A DNA stretch of 64,000 bases from an uncultured Acidobacteriaceae bacterium (GTDB taxonomy: Bacteria > Acidobacteriota > Terriglobia > Terriglobales > Acidobacteriaceae): positions 217,628-281,627 of the forward strand of contig CAWCSJ010000013.1 in the NCBI GenBank assembly GCA_963798185.1. Direction: 5' to 3'. The notes beneath the pieces were generated by a model. It searched no databases, was not told the origin of the DNA, and was given only the letters and a program-made list of their open reading frames with translations. The position numbers were made by a program, and so were the translations under genes. Below, piece by piece: positions 56,192 to 64,000 of the stretch (the first letter of the stretch is position 1; every line of letters begins with the position of its first letter).

Positions 56192-56560
56192 TTATCCCCT
56201 CAACTTTGCCAGCAGGTCGGATGGGTGGACGGGCTTGCCCAGGATTTCGAACTCGTGTCCTTGGGCCCGGGCGTTTTCCAGCAGGTCGGCGGTGGCCGCT
56301 TGTCCTGAGAAAAGCAGGATCTTGCACTCCGGCAAAAAGCTGCGAATGCGGATAGCAGCCTGGATGCCGTCCATGTCGGGCATGATCACATCGCTGATGA
56401 TGAGGTCGGGCTGGAGCGACCTCGCGCTTTCCACGGCTGCGGTCCCTGTGTAAACCGCAGAGGCTTCATAGCCGTTGAGATCGAGGATTTTGGCCAGAGT
56501 GTCTGCGATGACTTGCTCGTCGTCGACGACCAGAACTTTGCGCTTTCTAACCACGTGCAT
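56192..56560 (-). CDS. single-domain response regulator (receiver only)
   Basis: ATG 56560 has AAGGAG 7 nt upstream. VLVVDDE and the phospho-acceptor context LIISDVIMPDMDG. 122 aa. Confidence 0.85.
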   Translation of the reverse strand: MHVVRKRKVLVVDDEQVIADTLAKILDLNGYEASAVYTGTAAVESARSLQPDLIISDVIMPDMDGIQAAIRIRSFLPECKILLFSGQAATADLLENARAQGHEFEILGKPVHPSDLLAKLRG

Positions 56561-56990
56561 GCACGCGCTCCTTCTCCGATTGCGAAGCCGAATTCCGATT
56601 ATAGCTGAGACTTGAAATTGCCAGGAATTCACACTTGGGATGAACAAATTACCTTGTGCGCACCGTGACTGAGTCGAGTTTCCAACTACTTGGTTGGCTT
56701 ACTGCTTTAACTATTAAGTAAATAGCAACTGGGGTGCCAAAACGGCATCCGCCAAACGACGGTTACGTTTCGTTACAAACGGGGCCCTAACTCCGCCAGG
56801 CCATCTGCGTTGCGGGGCCTCGGCTACAGTGGTTCACAGGGCAAAATCCCCTTGTGCGCTACCTCACAACAGGCGAGTGATTAGTATCACCGCCTTAATG
56901 GTTGCCGAATTTGTACATTGGACTTGGCGGAACAACCGCCCAGCTGTCGCGATGAGGGTGGCAGCAATACCAAAATCGGAGATCGCAATC

Positions 56991-57242
56991 ATGGCCTACG
57001 TCATTACTGATACTTGCACCAAAGACGAACTTTGCGTCGAAGCTTGTCCCACCGACTGCATTCATCCTAAGAAGGATGAAGAGAAGTTTGAAGCCGCGAC
57101 CCAACTTTATGTGGATCCCGAAGGCTGCATCGATTGTGGCGCCTGCGTTCCGGTTTGCCCGACCAATTCGATCTTCATCGTGGATGAGGTCCCGGCCGAC
57201 AAGCAGGAATTCATCGAGAAGAACGCCGCCTATTACGCGTAG
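56991..57242 (+). CDS. dicluster [Fe-S] ferredoxin
   Basis: 83 aa. The Cys patterns are CTKDELCVEACPTDC and CIDCGACVPVCP. Confidence 0.85.
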   Translation: MAYVITDTCTKDELCVEACPTDCIHPKKDEEKFEAATQLYVDPEGCIDCGACVPVCPTNSIFIVDEVPADKQEFIEKNAAYYA

Positions 57243-57393
57243 AAGAAACGGTCATAGGTAGGCTTCGGTCCGCGGCGACTGGCGAGAACGGCGGTGCGCC
57301 GAGCTTTGATCATCTTCTCGGCGTACTTCACCGGATTGCGAAGTCGGTTCAGCGACGGTTGACCACGCGCGCGGCCGAGCCTACATTACTTGC

Positions 57394-57606
57394 ATGAAAA
57401 TACCCCGGCTTGGGGCATTATTCCTCGCATTCGTTCCTTTTGTTGCAATGTGTTTTACGGTTTCGCTCTGGGACCGCGTCTTTCCTTTGGTACTCGGCCT
57501 TCCCTTCAATCTCTTTTGGCTAATCTGCTGGGTCCCGTTGACTAGCGTCTGTTTGTGGGGTGCATACCGCCTGCAGCGCGGCGGCGCTAAAGGCACACGC
57601 GAATGA
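57394..57606 (+). CDS. DUF3311 small membrane protein (symporter accessory)
   Basis: 70 aa with two TM helices. 4-nt overlap with the symporter gene. Confidence 0.7.
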   Translation: MKIPRLGALFLAFVPFVAMCFTVSLWDRVFPLVLGLPFNLFWLICWVPLTSVCLWGAYRLQRGGAKGTRE

Positions 57607-59078
57607 AGCCCAGCATGGTCTCATTGATCATCATCTTTGGCATTATCTTGCTGGGTGCAATTACCGGCGTCTATTCGGGACGTCGCCGGCAGATGAACCT
57701 GGAGCAATGGTCGGTTGCAGGCCGGGGCTTTGGCGTGGTATTTGTCTGGCTCTTGATGGCAGGAGAGGTGTATACGACCTTTGCTTTTCTGGGAGCAAGT
57801 GGGTGGGCCTATTCGCGCGGTGGCCCCACGCTTTACATCATCGCCTACCTGACCCTGGCCTATGTTATATCCTTCTTCATCCTGCCGGAGATTTGGGAGG
57901 CGGGCCGCAAGTTCACTCTGCACACGGAGTCCGACTTCTTTCAGCAGCGCTACGGCAGCAAGCCGCTGGCCTCGTTGGTGGCGATTGTCGGCGTGGCCTT
58001 CATCGTCCCGTATTTGCAGCTGCAATTGACTGGGCTGGGAATCATTGTGGAAGTAGCCAGCCTGCATGCCATCAGCCGCCCGCTGGCGATATTGATTGCC
58101 TTCGTCATTGTCGCCGGATTCGTTTTCTCCAGTGGCGTTCGTGCGGTGGCTTGGGTGAGCGTGCTAAAGGATTCCCTGATGCTGATTGTCGCCTTCAGCA
58201 TCGGCATAGGCATCCCCTACCACTACTTTGGCGGAATCGGGCCCATGTTCAAGGTGCTCACTTCGGCGAAGGCGGCACATCTCACCATGCCGGGCAGCAC
58301 CAGCAATCTCGGACACGCCTGGTATATCTCGACCGTTTTGCTTACGGCGTTTGGCTTCTACATGTGGCCTCACGCATTCGGCTCCGTGTTCACCGCGAAG
58401 AACGGCGACACGCTGCGGCGCAATGCCGTGATTATGCCGCTGTACACCATTACGTTGCCGCTCCTCTTCTTTGTGGGCTTCACGGCGATCCTGGTCATCC
58501 CGGGACTTAAGAGCGGCGATCTGGCCCTTTTGACCCTGGTCCGGCAGACATTTCCTCCGTGGTTTCTGGGCGTGGTTGGCGGAGCGGGCGCACTGACGGC
58601 CATGGTTCCGGCGGCCATCCTGATACTGAGCGCCGCCACTTTGTTTACCAAGAATTTCTATCGGCCGATCTTCAAGCCGTCCATGAAAGATGACGACGTC
58701 GCTAGGCTGGCGAAAATTATGGTGGTGCTAATCACCGGCGTCGCCCTGTATTTCGCGATTTACAGCTCCACTACTTTGGTCGGCTTGCTTTTGCTGGCAT
58801 ATGCCGGCATCGCACAGTTTTTCCCTGGCGTGGTCTTCGGTCTCTACTGGAAACGAGTAACGACCGCGGGGGTATTCGTAGGTATCGTCGTTGGAGTAGG
58901 TATGGCGATGGTCTTGGTATTCACCAAACACGATCCATTTATCGGCTTAAATGCCGGCTTCGTGGCGCTGTGCGTGAACGCTACGGCAACCGTTGTGGCT
59001 AGCCTGCTAACGCCCGCCCAGCGAGACGGACTCGAAGAAGTCGGCAGCCGGGTTGCGGCGGCAGCAATTACCAGCTAG
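57603..59078 (+). CDS. sodium:solute symporter family (SSS) transporter
   Basis: 491 aa and polytopic. N-terminal GRGFGVVFVWLLMAGEVYTTFAFLGASGWAY region. Confidence 0.85.
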   Translation: MKPSMVSLIIIFGIILLGAITGVYSGRRRQMNLEQWSVAGRGFGVVFVWLLMAGEVYTTFAFLGASGWAYSRGGPTLYIIAYLTLAYVISFFILPEIWEAGRKFTLHTESDFFQQRYGSKPLASLVAIVGVAFIVPYLQLQLTGLGIIVEVASLHAISRPLAILIAFVIVAGFVFSSGVRAVAWVSVLKDSLMLIVAFSIGIGIPYHYFGGIGPMFKVLTSAKAAHLTMPGSTSNLGHAWYISTVLLTAFGFYMWPHAFGSVFTAKNGDTLRRNAVIMPLYTITLPLLFFVGFTAILVIPGLKSGDLALLTLVRQTFPPWFLGVVGGAGALTAMVPAAILILSAATLFTKNFYRPIFKPSMKDDDVARLAKIMVVLITGVALYFAIYSSTTLVGLLLLAYAGIAQFFPGVVFGLYWKRVTTAGVFVGIVVGVGMAMVLVFTKHDPFIGLNAGFVALCVNATATVVASLLTPAQRDGLEEVGSRVAAAAITS

Positions 59079-59134
59079 GCACACTTTAGGCCTTACCACC
59101 GCGGCGGACATGAACCTCGGCAAACAAACCTGTC

Positions 59135-59545
59135 ATGCCGAACCTGCATCCCACAGGCATGCGTGCGAATGCGGTTCTACTGGCGATAGTCCTGAGTGCG
59201 GCCCAGATTGTGCTTACCGGTTGTGTCTCCTGTAATACCCAGCCCTCCAATCCAGACCAGGTCAGGCAAAAGACTGCAGAAGCCACTGCGGAGATGAAAG
59301 ATAACGCGAAGGCGGTCGCGCAAGGCATCCGCGAGGGGCTGAGCCGGCCTTCATCCGATCACCCCCTCGATTTGAACCGTGCCTCGAAGACGCAGCTCAT
59401 GAGCCTGCCCGGCATCGACGATGCCGCCGCCGACCGCATCATTGCGGCGCGGCCCTTTGACAATACCCACCAGCTCATCGATAAGCGAATCGTCTCTCGC
59501 GACGAGTACGGCAAAATCGCCGACAGCATCACCGTACACAGATAG
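59135..59545 (+). CDS. ComEA-like helix-hairpin-helix lipoprotein
   Basis: Lipobox LTGC. HhH segment DLNRASKTQLMSLPGIDDAAADRIIAARPF. Confidence 0.7.
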   Translation: MPNLHPTGMRANAVLLAIVLSAAQIVLTGCVSCNTQPSNPDQVRQKTAEATAEMKDNAKAVAQGIREGLSRPSSDHPLDLNRASKTQLMSLPGIDDAAADRIIAARPFDNTHQLIDKRIVSRDEYGKIADSITVHR

Positions 59546-59576
59546 AATTCGCGCCCACGGCTTTGCCGTGCCCTTA

Positions 59577-60761
59577 TTATGGCTTCGCCGGACATGGCTG
59601 TGCGTTAATCCAGCTCGTAAGATTTGTCAGTACGTTTTCCCAGGTTGCGCGGATGGCCTGTCCTGGCTGAGTGGGCACATAGACCCAAACAAAGAGCCGG
59701 GCCTCACTGTCATCCGCCGAAACTGTGTAGCCCGAGTCTTTCGTCGCGTTCCCGAGGCTCTCGTCTTTCACGAATCCCAACTTGTTCATGAATACGCGCG
59801 TGGCGTCCGCCTTGCCGAAACAGCCCGAGGGCGGCGGCGGCTTGGTCTTGTCCTTGTGTAGATTCTTGGGGTCAAGGATGGCGAAGCGGACCAGCGCAGG
59901 TTCGTCATCTGAGGCTAGATGGTCCTTTTCGATCCACTCCACCCAGTTGGTTGCAAAGTTCTGCCCGTCCTCGCGGACCTGCGGAGAAACAGCCAATAAA
60001 ATATCGATTAGTTTCTGATCGACCAGCGGGCGGCCATTCAACGGGACGCCAAGATTCAACTCCCATACCCACACAAACGGGGCTGCATTAACCAGGTTAG
60101 GTACGAGATACTCCGGAACCATCGCGGCGGCGGCGTTCGAGCGTTGCACCGGTTCGGAGTTACCTGCCCCGATGAATCGTTCGTCCACGCTGAGGCGTTT
60201 TTGCAGTACGTCATGGACGGTTGGATTGGCCAACAGTACTTGCCCAGCGATCACCGCGCTGGCTAGTTTTGCGCTCGCATTATTAGACTTGGGACGGTTT
60301 TCCAGAACAGGCTCGAGCTGCGTGCTCAGGCAGCTTTCCGGTGTCGGGCTCTTCTTACACTTTGCTGCTGACAGCTCCAGAGACGTCTGCCAGTCCAGCC
60401 ATGTCTTTCCCAACAACGTATTCTGCTTTTCGGCACGGTATGGGACAACAACCAGAACTAGAACCAGGGTCAATCCCAGCAGCGCAGTTACCAGCCAAGG
60501 CAGCACAATCGAAATCGATCTTGCTTTTGAGATGCCGGGGAGAAATCTTAAGCCAATCGCAACCAGCAAAGCAGCCACGGCGCAGAGAGCCAGAGTCCGC
60601 TGACTTTCCGTGCAGAAACTGGCGACAACGGTTACTAAGGTGGGAAGTCCAGCCAGCTCACGGGCGATCTCCAGCGCTCTCTTATGCCAGGGATCTTCTT
60701 CCGGCCTTTCTCGATCCAGTCCCGTGGCCGGCAGGGCGGCGAGCTTTGACGCGGTCCTCAT
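59577..60761 (-). CDS. hypothetical membrane protein
   Basis: 394 aa with 2-3 N-terminal TM helices and a large extracytoplasmic domain. No motif recognised. The flanks look locally lower in GC. Confidence 0.55.
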   Translation of the reverse strand: MRTASKLAALPATGLDRERPEEDPWHKRALEIARELAGLPTLVTVVASFCTESQRTLALCAVAALLVAIGLRFLPGISKARSISIVLPWLVTALLGLTLVLVLVVVPYRAEKQNTLLGKTWLDWQTSLELSAAKCKKSPTPESCLSTQLEPVLENRPKSNNASAKLASAVIAGQVLLANPTVHDVLQKRLSVDERFIGAGNSEPVQRSNAAAAMVPEYLVPNLVNAAPFVWVWELNLGVPLNGRPLVDQKLIDILLAVSPQVREDGQNFATNWVEWIEKDHLASDDEPALVRFAILDPKNLHKDKTKPPPPSGCFGKADATRVFMNKLGFVKDESLGNATKDSGYTVSADDSEARLFVWVYVPTQPGQAIRATWENVLTNLTSWINAQPCPAKP

Positions 60762-61024
60762 GAGATGAACCCAGGGTTGTTCTAACTGAAAGTTTCTTCC
60801 GAAAAGTGGAAATTAATATACACCGGCGTGCGGTTCCGAGAAACATTTTGTTCTGAGTTTCACTCTGCATTGTTATGGGATAGAACAGGAAAGCCTGACT
60901 ACACGGCCTAAGAAATTTCGCCCGAGCAAGCAAGGTGGGATGAGTGTACTTCAGCTTTCTTGTCGAGGGAAGTGTCGGCGCCACCAGCGAGCTAACCGGC
61001 CGCCGCCGGCCACACAGAGAGCTA

Positions 61025-61546
61025 TTACTGGCTTGCACCGCGACCGGTAGTGATGGATTTCAGGTAAGCCAGGACCGCCTCGGCATCTGCGCGGGTCATG
61101 TGAAACTCAGGCATCGGGGAGCGAAGCGGCTGACCTGTGGTCCAGATACCAGTGGTCAGCAGCGTGATCATCTGGGCATCGCTTGCCGGCGGCAATCCCC
61201 CGATGCGGGGGCAGAGAAGCGGCCAATCGGCTTGCGGCTGGGCCGGCAGATACGGCACCGGCCCTCCGGCCAGCCAGCGGTTGTAATCGAGTTCGCCATT
61301 TGGCGTGCGCGGAGTGTGGCAGTTACCACATTTCGCAACCTCGGTCACGATGTACTTTCCACGGGCCACAGAGCCGGAATTAGCGCTGTTATTGGCGGGT
61401 GCCGGCGCCTGTTTCTTTTCCTGCGCCAGGGAAAGGTTGACTCCGGCGGCGACCAGCAGTACAAATGCGGCCATGAATAGCGCGGCAATTACGTGTCTGC
61501 GACCACGATTCACTCCCGAACCTTCAAACCACGGGCTAGGCTGCAT
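61025..61546 (-). CDS. mono-haem c-type cytochrome
   Basis: Signal anchor, then the CGNCH haem-binding site. 173 aa. Confidence 0.8.
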   Translation of the reverse strand: MQPSPWFEGSGVNRGRRHVIAALFMAAFVLLVAAGVNLSLAQEKKQAPAPANNSANSGSVARGKYIVTEVAKCGNCHTPRTPNGELDYNRWLAGGPVPYLPAQPQADWPLLCPRIGGLPPASDAQMITLLTTGIWTTGQPLRSPMPEFHMTRADAEAVLAYLKSITTGRGASQ

Positions 61547-61603
61547 GGGGTCCTCCGGTTTCTCCGATTACTACCCACCATCACATCCACTAACCGCTTT
61601 TCT

Positions 61604-62983
61604 TCACTGCCCCAATATCTGGAAGAAGCGAATGATCGATTCGATCCCACGATAGAAGTTGGGGATGTGGAATTTCTCATTGGGAGCATGCAGGTTGTCG
61701 TCGGGCAGTCCCATGCCCATCATGATGCTGGGAATCTTCAGGTCTTCCTCGAACTGGGTGACGATCGGAATCGAACCGCCCGAGCGAATGTACACGGTGT
61801 CTTTCCCGAAGATTTCGTGCATGGCTTCCACGGAGGCGCGCGCGTACTTGTTGTCGGTATTGACCACGCACGCCGGGCCCTTGCTGTGCACCTTGATGTT
61901 GATCTGGATGCCTTTGGGCGTATTCTTCTTGATGTACTCGGTGTACTTTTTCAGGATGTCGTCCGGGTCCTGCTTGGGTACCAGACGCATCGAAACCTTG
62001 GCCGACGCGCGCGCCGGAATCACCGTCTTCGCGCCCGGCGCGATGAAGCCGCCCGGCATGCCGTGTACCTCCAGCGTGGGACGCGCCCAGGTGCGATACA
62101 GCACGGAGAAGCCCGGCTCGCCGGTCAGAACGTTCGATCCCACTTCCGCCTTGCGATAGTCCTCTTCATTGAAGGGCAGCCGCTCCCAGGCTTTCAGCTC
62201 GTCGGCAGTCGGCTTTTGCACGTCATCGTAGAAACCGGGAATCAGGATCTTCCCGTCGGCGTCCTTCAGCTTGCTGATGATCTCGACCAGGGCGAACAGC
62301 GGATTGGGCGCCGCTCCGCCGTACACGCCCGAGTGCAGATCGGTCTTTGCTCCCTGCGCCTGGATCTCGGTGTAGAGCAGGCCGCGCAAACCGACGCACA
62401 GCGTAGGAAGATCGGGCGCAAACAACTCCGTGTCGGTAACCAGGGCGAAGTCGGCCTTCAGCTTGCCCGAGCCTGCATTCTTCTTCACGAACTCTTCAAT
62501 GCTCTCGCCGCCCACTTCTTCTTCGCCTTCGATCAGCACCCGGACGTTGATGGGCAGCTTGCCACTGCCCGCCTGGAACAGTGACTCAAACGCTTTCAGC
62601 TGCATCCACAGCTGGCCCTTGTCGTCGACGGCGCCGCGTGCATAGATGTTCTGATTGCGCTCGGTGGGCTCGAACGGCGGAGTGTGCCACTCGTCCAGCG
62701 GCTCGGCCGGCTGCACGTCGTAATGCGCGTAGCACAGCGCTGTGGGCTTACCCGCAGCATGCAGCCAGTCGGCATAAACCAGAGGATGGCCATTGGTGGG
62801 GATGATCTCAACATTCTCAAAGCCAATCCTCTTCAGATCGTTGGCCACCATCTCGGCAGCCTTGCGGACATCGCCTTTGTGCTCTTCGGCGGTGCTGACG
62901 CTGGGAATGCGGAGCAAATCTTTCAATTCGTCGAGAAAGCGTTTCTGGTTCTCGCGGGCATAAGAAACGGCTGCGGATGACAT
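61604..62983 (-). CDS. M20-family dipeptidase / ArgE-DapE-type metallopeptidase
   Basis: 459 aa. AHYDVQP, GRGAVDDKG and LIEGEEEVGG blocks. Confidence 0.85.
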   Translation of the reverse strand: MSSAAVSYARENQKRFLDELKDLLRIPSVSTAEEHKGDVRKAAEMVANDLKRIGFENVEIIPTNGHPLVYADWLHAAGKPTALCYAHYDVQPAEPLDEWHTPPFEPTERNQNIYARGAVDDKGQLWMQLKAFESLFQAGSGKLPINVRVLIEGEEEVGGESIEEFVKKNAGSGKLKADFALVTDTELFAPDLPTLCVGLRGLLYTEIQAQGAKTDLHSGVYGGAAPNPLFALVEIISKLKDADGKILIPGFYDDVQKPTADELKAWERLPFNEEDYRKAEVGSNVLTGEPGFSVLYRTWARPTLEVHGMPGGFIAPGAKTVIPARASAKVSMRLVPKQDPDDILKKYTEYIKKNTPKGIQINIKVHSKGPACVVNTDNKYARASVEAMHEIFGKDTVYIRSGGSIPIVTQFEEDLKIPSIMMGMGLPDDNLHAPNEKFHIPNFYRGIESIIRFFQILGQ

Positions 62984-63125
62984 AGGAAAAATTCTCCTTC
63001 CAGAATTAGAGCAGCTTGCGCGCTACCGCTGGCAAACATTAATAGGCAAACCCCAAAGTATATCGCAACGGAGGCGGGAGAGTTGGGGGCTGGCGGGGAA
63101 ACAGGTAACTACCGGCGGCCGAACA

Positions 63126-63311
63126 TTAGAGCTTTGCTCTTTTCAAGCGCGCGGACTTGATGATCTGGTCAATCCTTCTTGATGTGAGTAGATTGGTACC
63201 CTTGCGCTTTGATTCTTCTCCAATGACCTTGAGGATTTTGGGCTCGGATGCGGCAAGGCGAACGCGCTGGGAGGAAATAACAGAGGTTTTAGTCGTATCA
63301 GTTCGCGTCAT
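63126..63311 (-). CDS. hypothetical 61-aa basic protein
   Basis: Strong AAGAGGAG lies 7 nt upstream of the ATG. No family recognised. Confidence 0.45.
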   Translation of the reverse strand: MTRTDTTKTSVISSQRVRLAASEPKILKVIGEESKRKGTNLLTSRRIDQIIKSARLKRAKL

Positions 63312-63424
63312 CTCGAACTCCTCTTAGTTATCGCAACGGTAACAGTTTGATCCGCAACCGGCCAAGCGGAATAGGCTGCCCGGGGTGCAAAGCGTACGTC
63401 GCACTTCGCTGGAACCGGCGGTAT

Positions 63425-63515
63425 CCGAGTCCCGCACAGCGGGACGAAAGAGCTTAGCCCAGCGCTTTAGCGCTGGGTAGGCATCAGCATAGATCCCGGG
63501 TCCTGTAGGGACGGC
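63425..63515. repeat. REP-like multi-hairpin element (C-type) just upstream of the RAYT-like gene
   Basis: GTCCCGCACAGCGGGAC, CCCAGCGCTTTAGCGCTGGG and GTCCTGTAGGGAC. It is the reverse complement of the layout at 29119-29212. Confidence 0.85.
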
Positions 63516-63582
63516 AGAGACAAACATCGCAACGTGCCGACCATCACCGCAAAGTCTAATTCCACAAGATTATTCTCGCCTC

Positions 63583-64000
63583 ATGGCGCACACCCACACT
63601 TGTAACCTGGTTCATTGCGTCTTCAGCACGAAAGACCGGGCGAACCTTATTCCCGACCCGAAAAGACTATGGCAATACGTCGGCGGAATCGCGCGTCAGA
63701 AACAGATTCTGTTACTGGCTGCCGGCGGCACCGCTAACCATCTCCATCTCCTCATCTCGTTGCCGCCGACCATCGCATTGGCAAAGGCAATACAAGAGTT
63801 CAAAGGGAACACCTCACGCTGGCTGAATGAATCAACTCGCTTTGCGTGGCAGGAGGGATACAGCGCGTTCAGCGTGGGACAGTCGCAATGCAAGGCCGTG
63901 GTGGATTACATCGACCGCCAGATTGAACATCACGCGAAGTGGAGCTTCGAACAGGAGTTCCTGACGTTGCTGAAGAAATCAGGCATTCCGTACGATCCGC
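63583..64000 (+). CDS. IS200/IS605-type Y1 (HUH) transposase, RAYT-like; 3' end lies beyond the window
   Basis: Absent from the ORF track because it has no stop in the window. My translation is MAHTHTCNLVHCVFSTKDR...ANHLHLLISLPP (HUH)...WQEGYSAFSV (catalytic Tyr context)...IDRQIEHH. Confidence 0.8.
   Translation, partial: MAHTHTCNLVHCVFSTKDRANLIPDPKRLWQYVGGIARQKQILLLAAGGTANHLHLLISLPPTIALAKAIQEFKGNTSRWLNESTRFAWQEGYSAFSVGQSQCKAVVDYIDRQIEHHAKWSFEQEFLTLLKKSGIPYDP

Noticed and set aside
63324-63527. 67-aa ORF, and similar ORFs such as 3972..4226, 13786..14106 and 14103..14333.
   Set aside because: They are translations of the REP-like or MITE-like repeat elements. The same pseudo-peptides recur wherever the repeats occur.

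Overview
This is a GC-rich bacterial chromosomal segment, most likely Acidobacteriota. The taxon guess rests on two tandem ADOP-type duplicated FtsX permeases and on the intergenic repeat families. All family names come from motif recognition by eye; no searches were run. The backbone is mostly housekeeping. It holds an arginine cluster (argF-argG-argH plus a short GNAT/NAGS-like gene), a glycogen-debranching-like gene with a GT4 gene, and a thiolase / NTF2-like / hbd / crotonase operon. It also holds an HU gene, an Hfq-like gene, holB-tmk, maeB, an M16 peptidase pair, a stand-alone LigD polymerase domain plus DUF72, and xerD-xerC-dnaX-ybaB-recR. The right end carries a STAS/SRPBCC/receiver cluster, a ferredoxin, DUF3311 plus a solute symporter, cytochrome c and an M20 peptidase. 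Accessory content comprises a D2-only Clp-like AAA+ gene divergent from a BchI-like AAA+ / vWA pair that is split by a four-helix-bundle (23S-IVS protein family) cassette. It further includes two toxin-antitoxin modules (UPF0175/DUF3368 and AbrB/PIN), a degraded IS110 element, and a RAYT-like Y1 transposase at the right edge. The two signals most worth follow-up are a 701-aa Tes/COG1964-type radical SAM enzyme and a dense repeatome. The radical SAM enzyme is a candidate membrane-spanning lipid synthase and lies between a TA module and the IS relic. The repeatome has at least five intergenic repeat families, including heptanucleotide-periodic tandem arrays that abut start and stop codons to within a few nucleotides. 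I recognised no rRNA, tRNA or CRISPR array.
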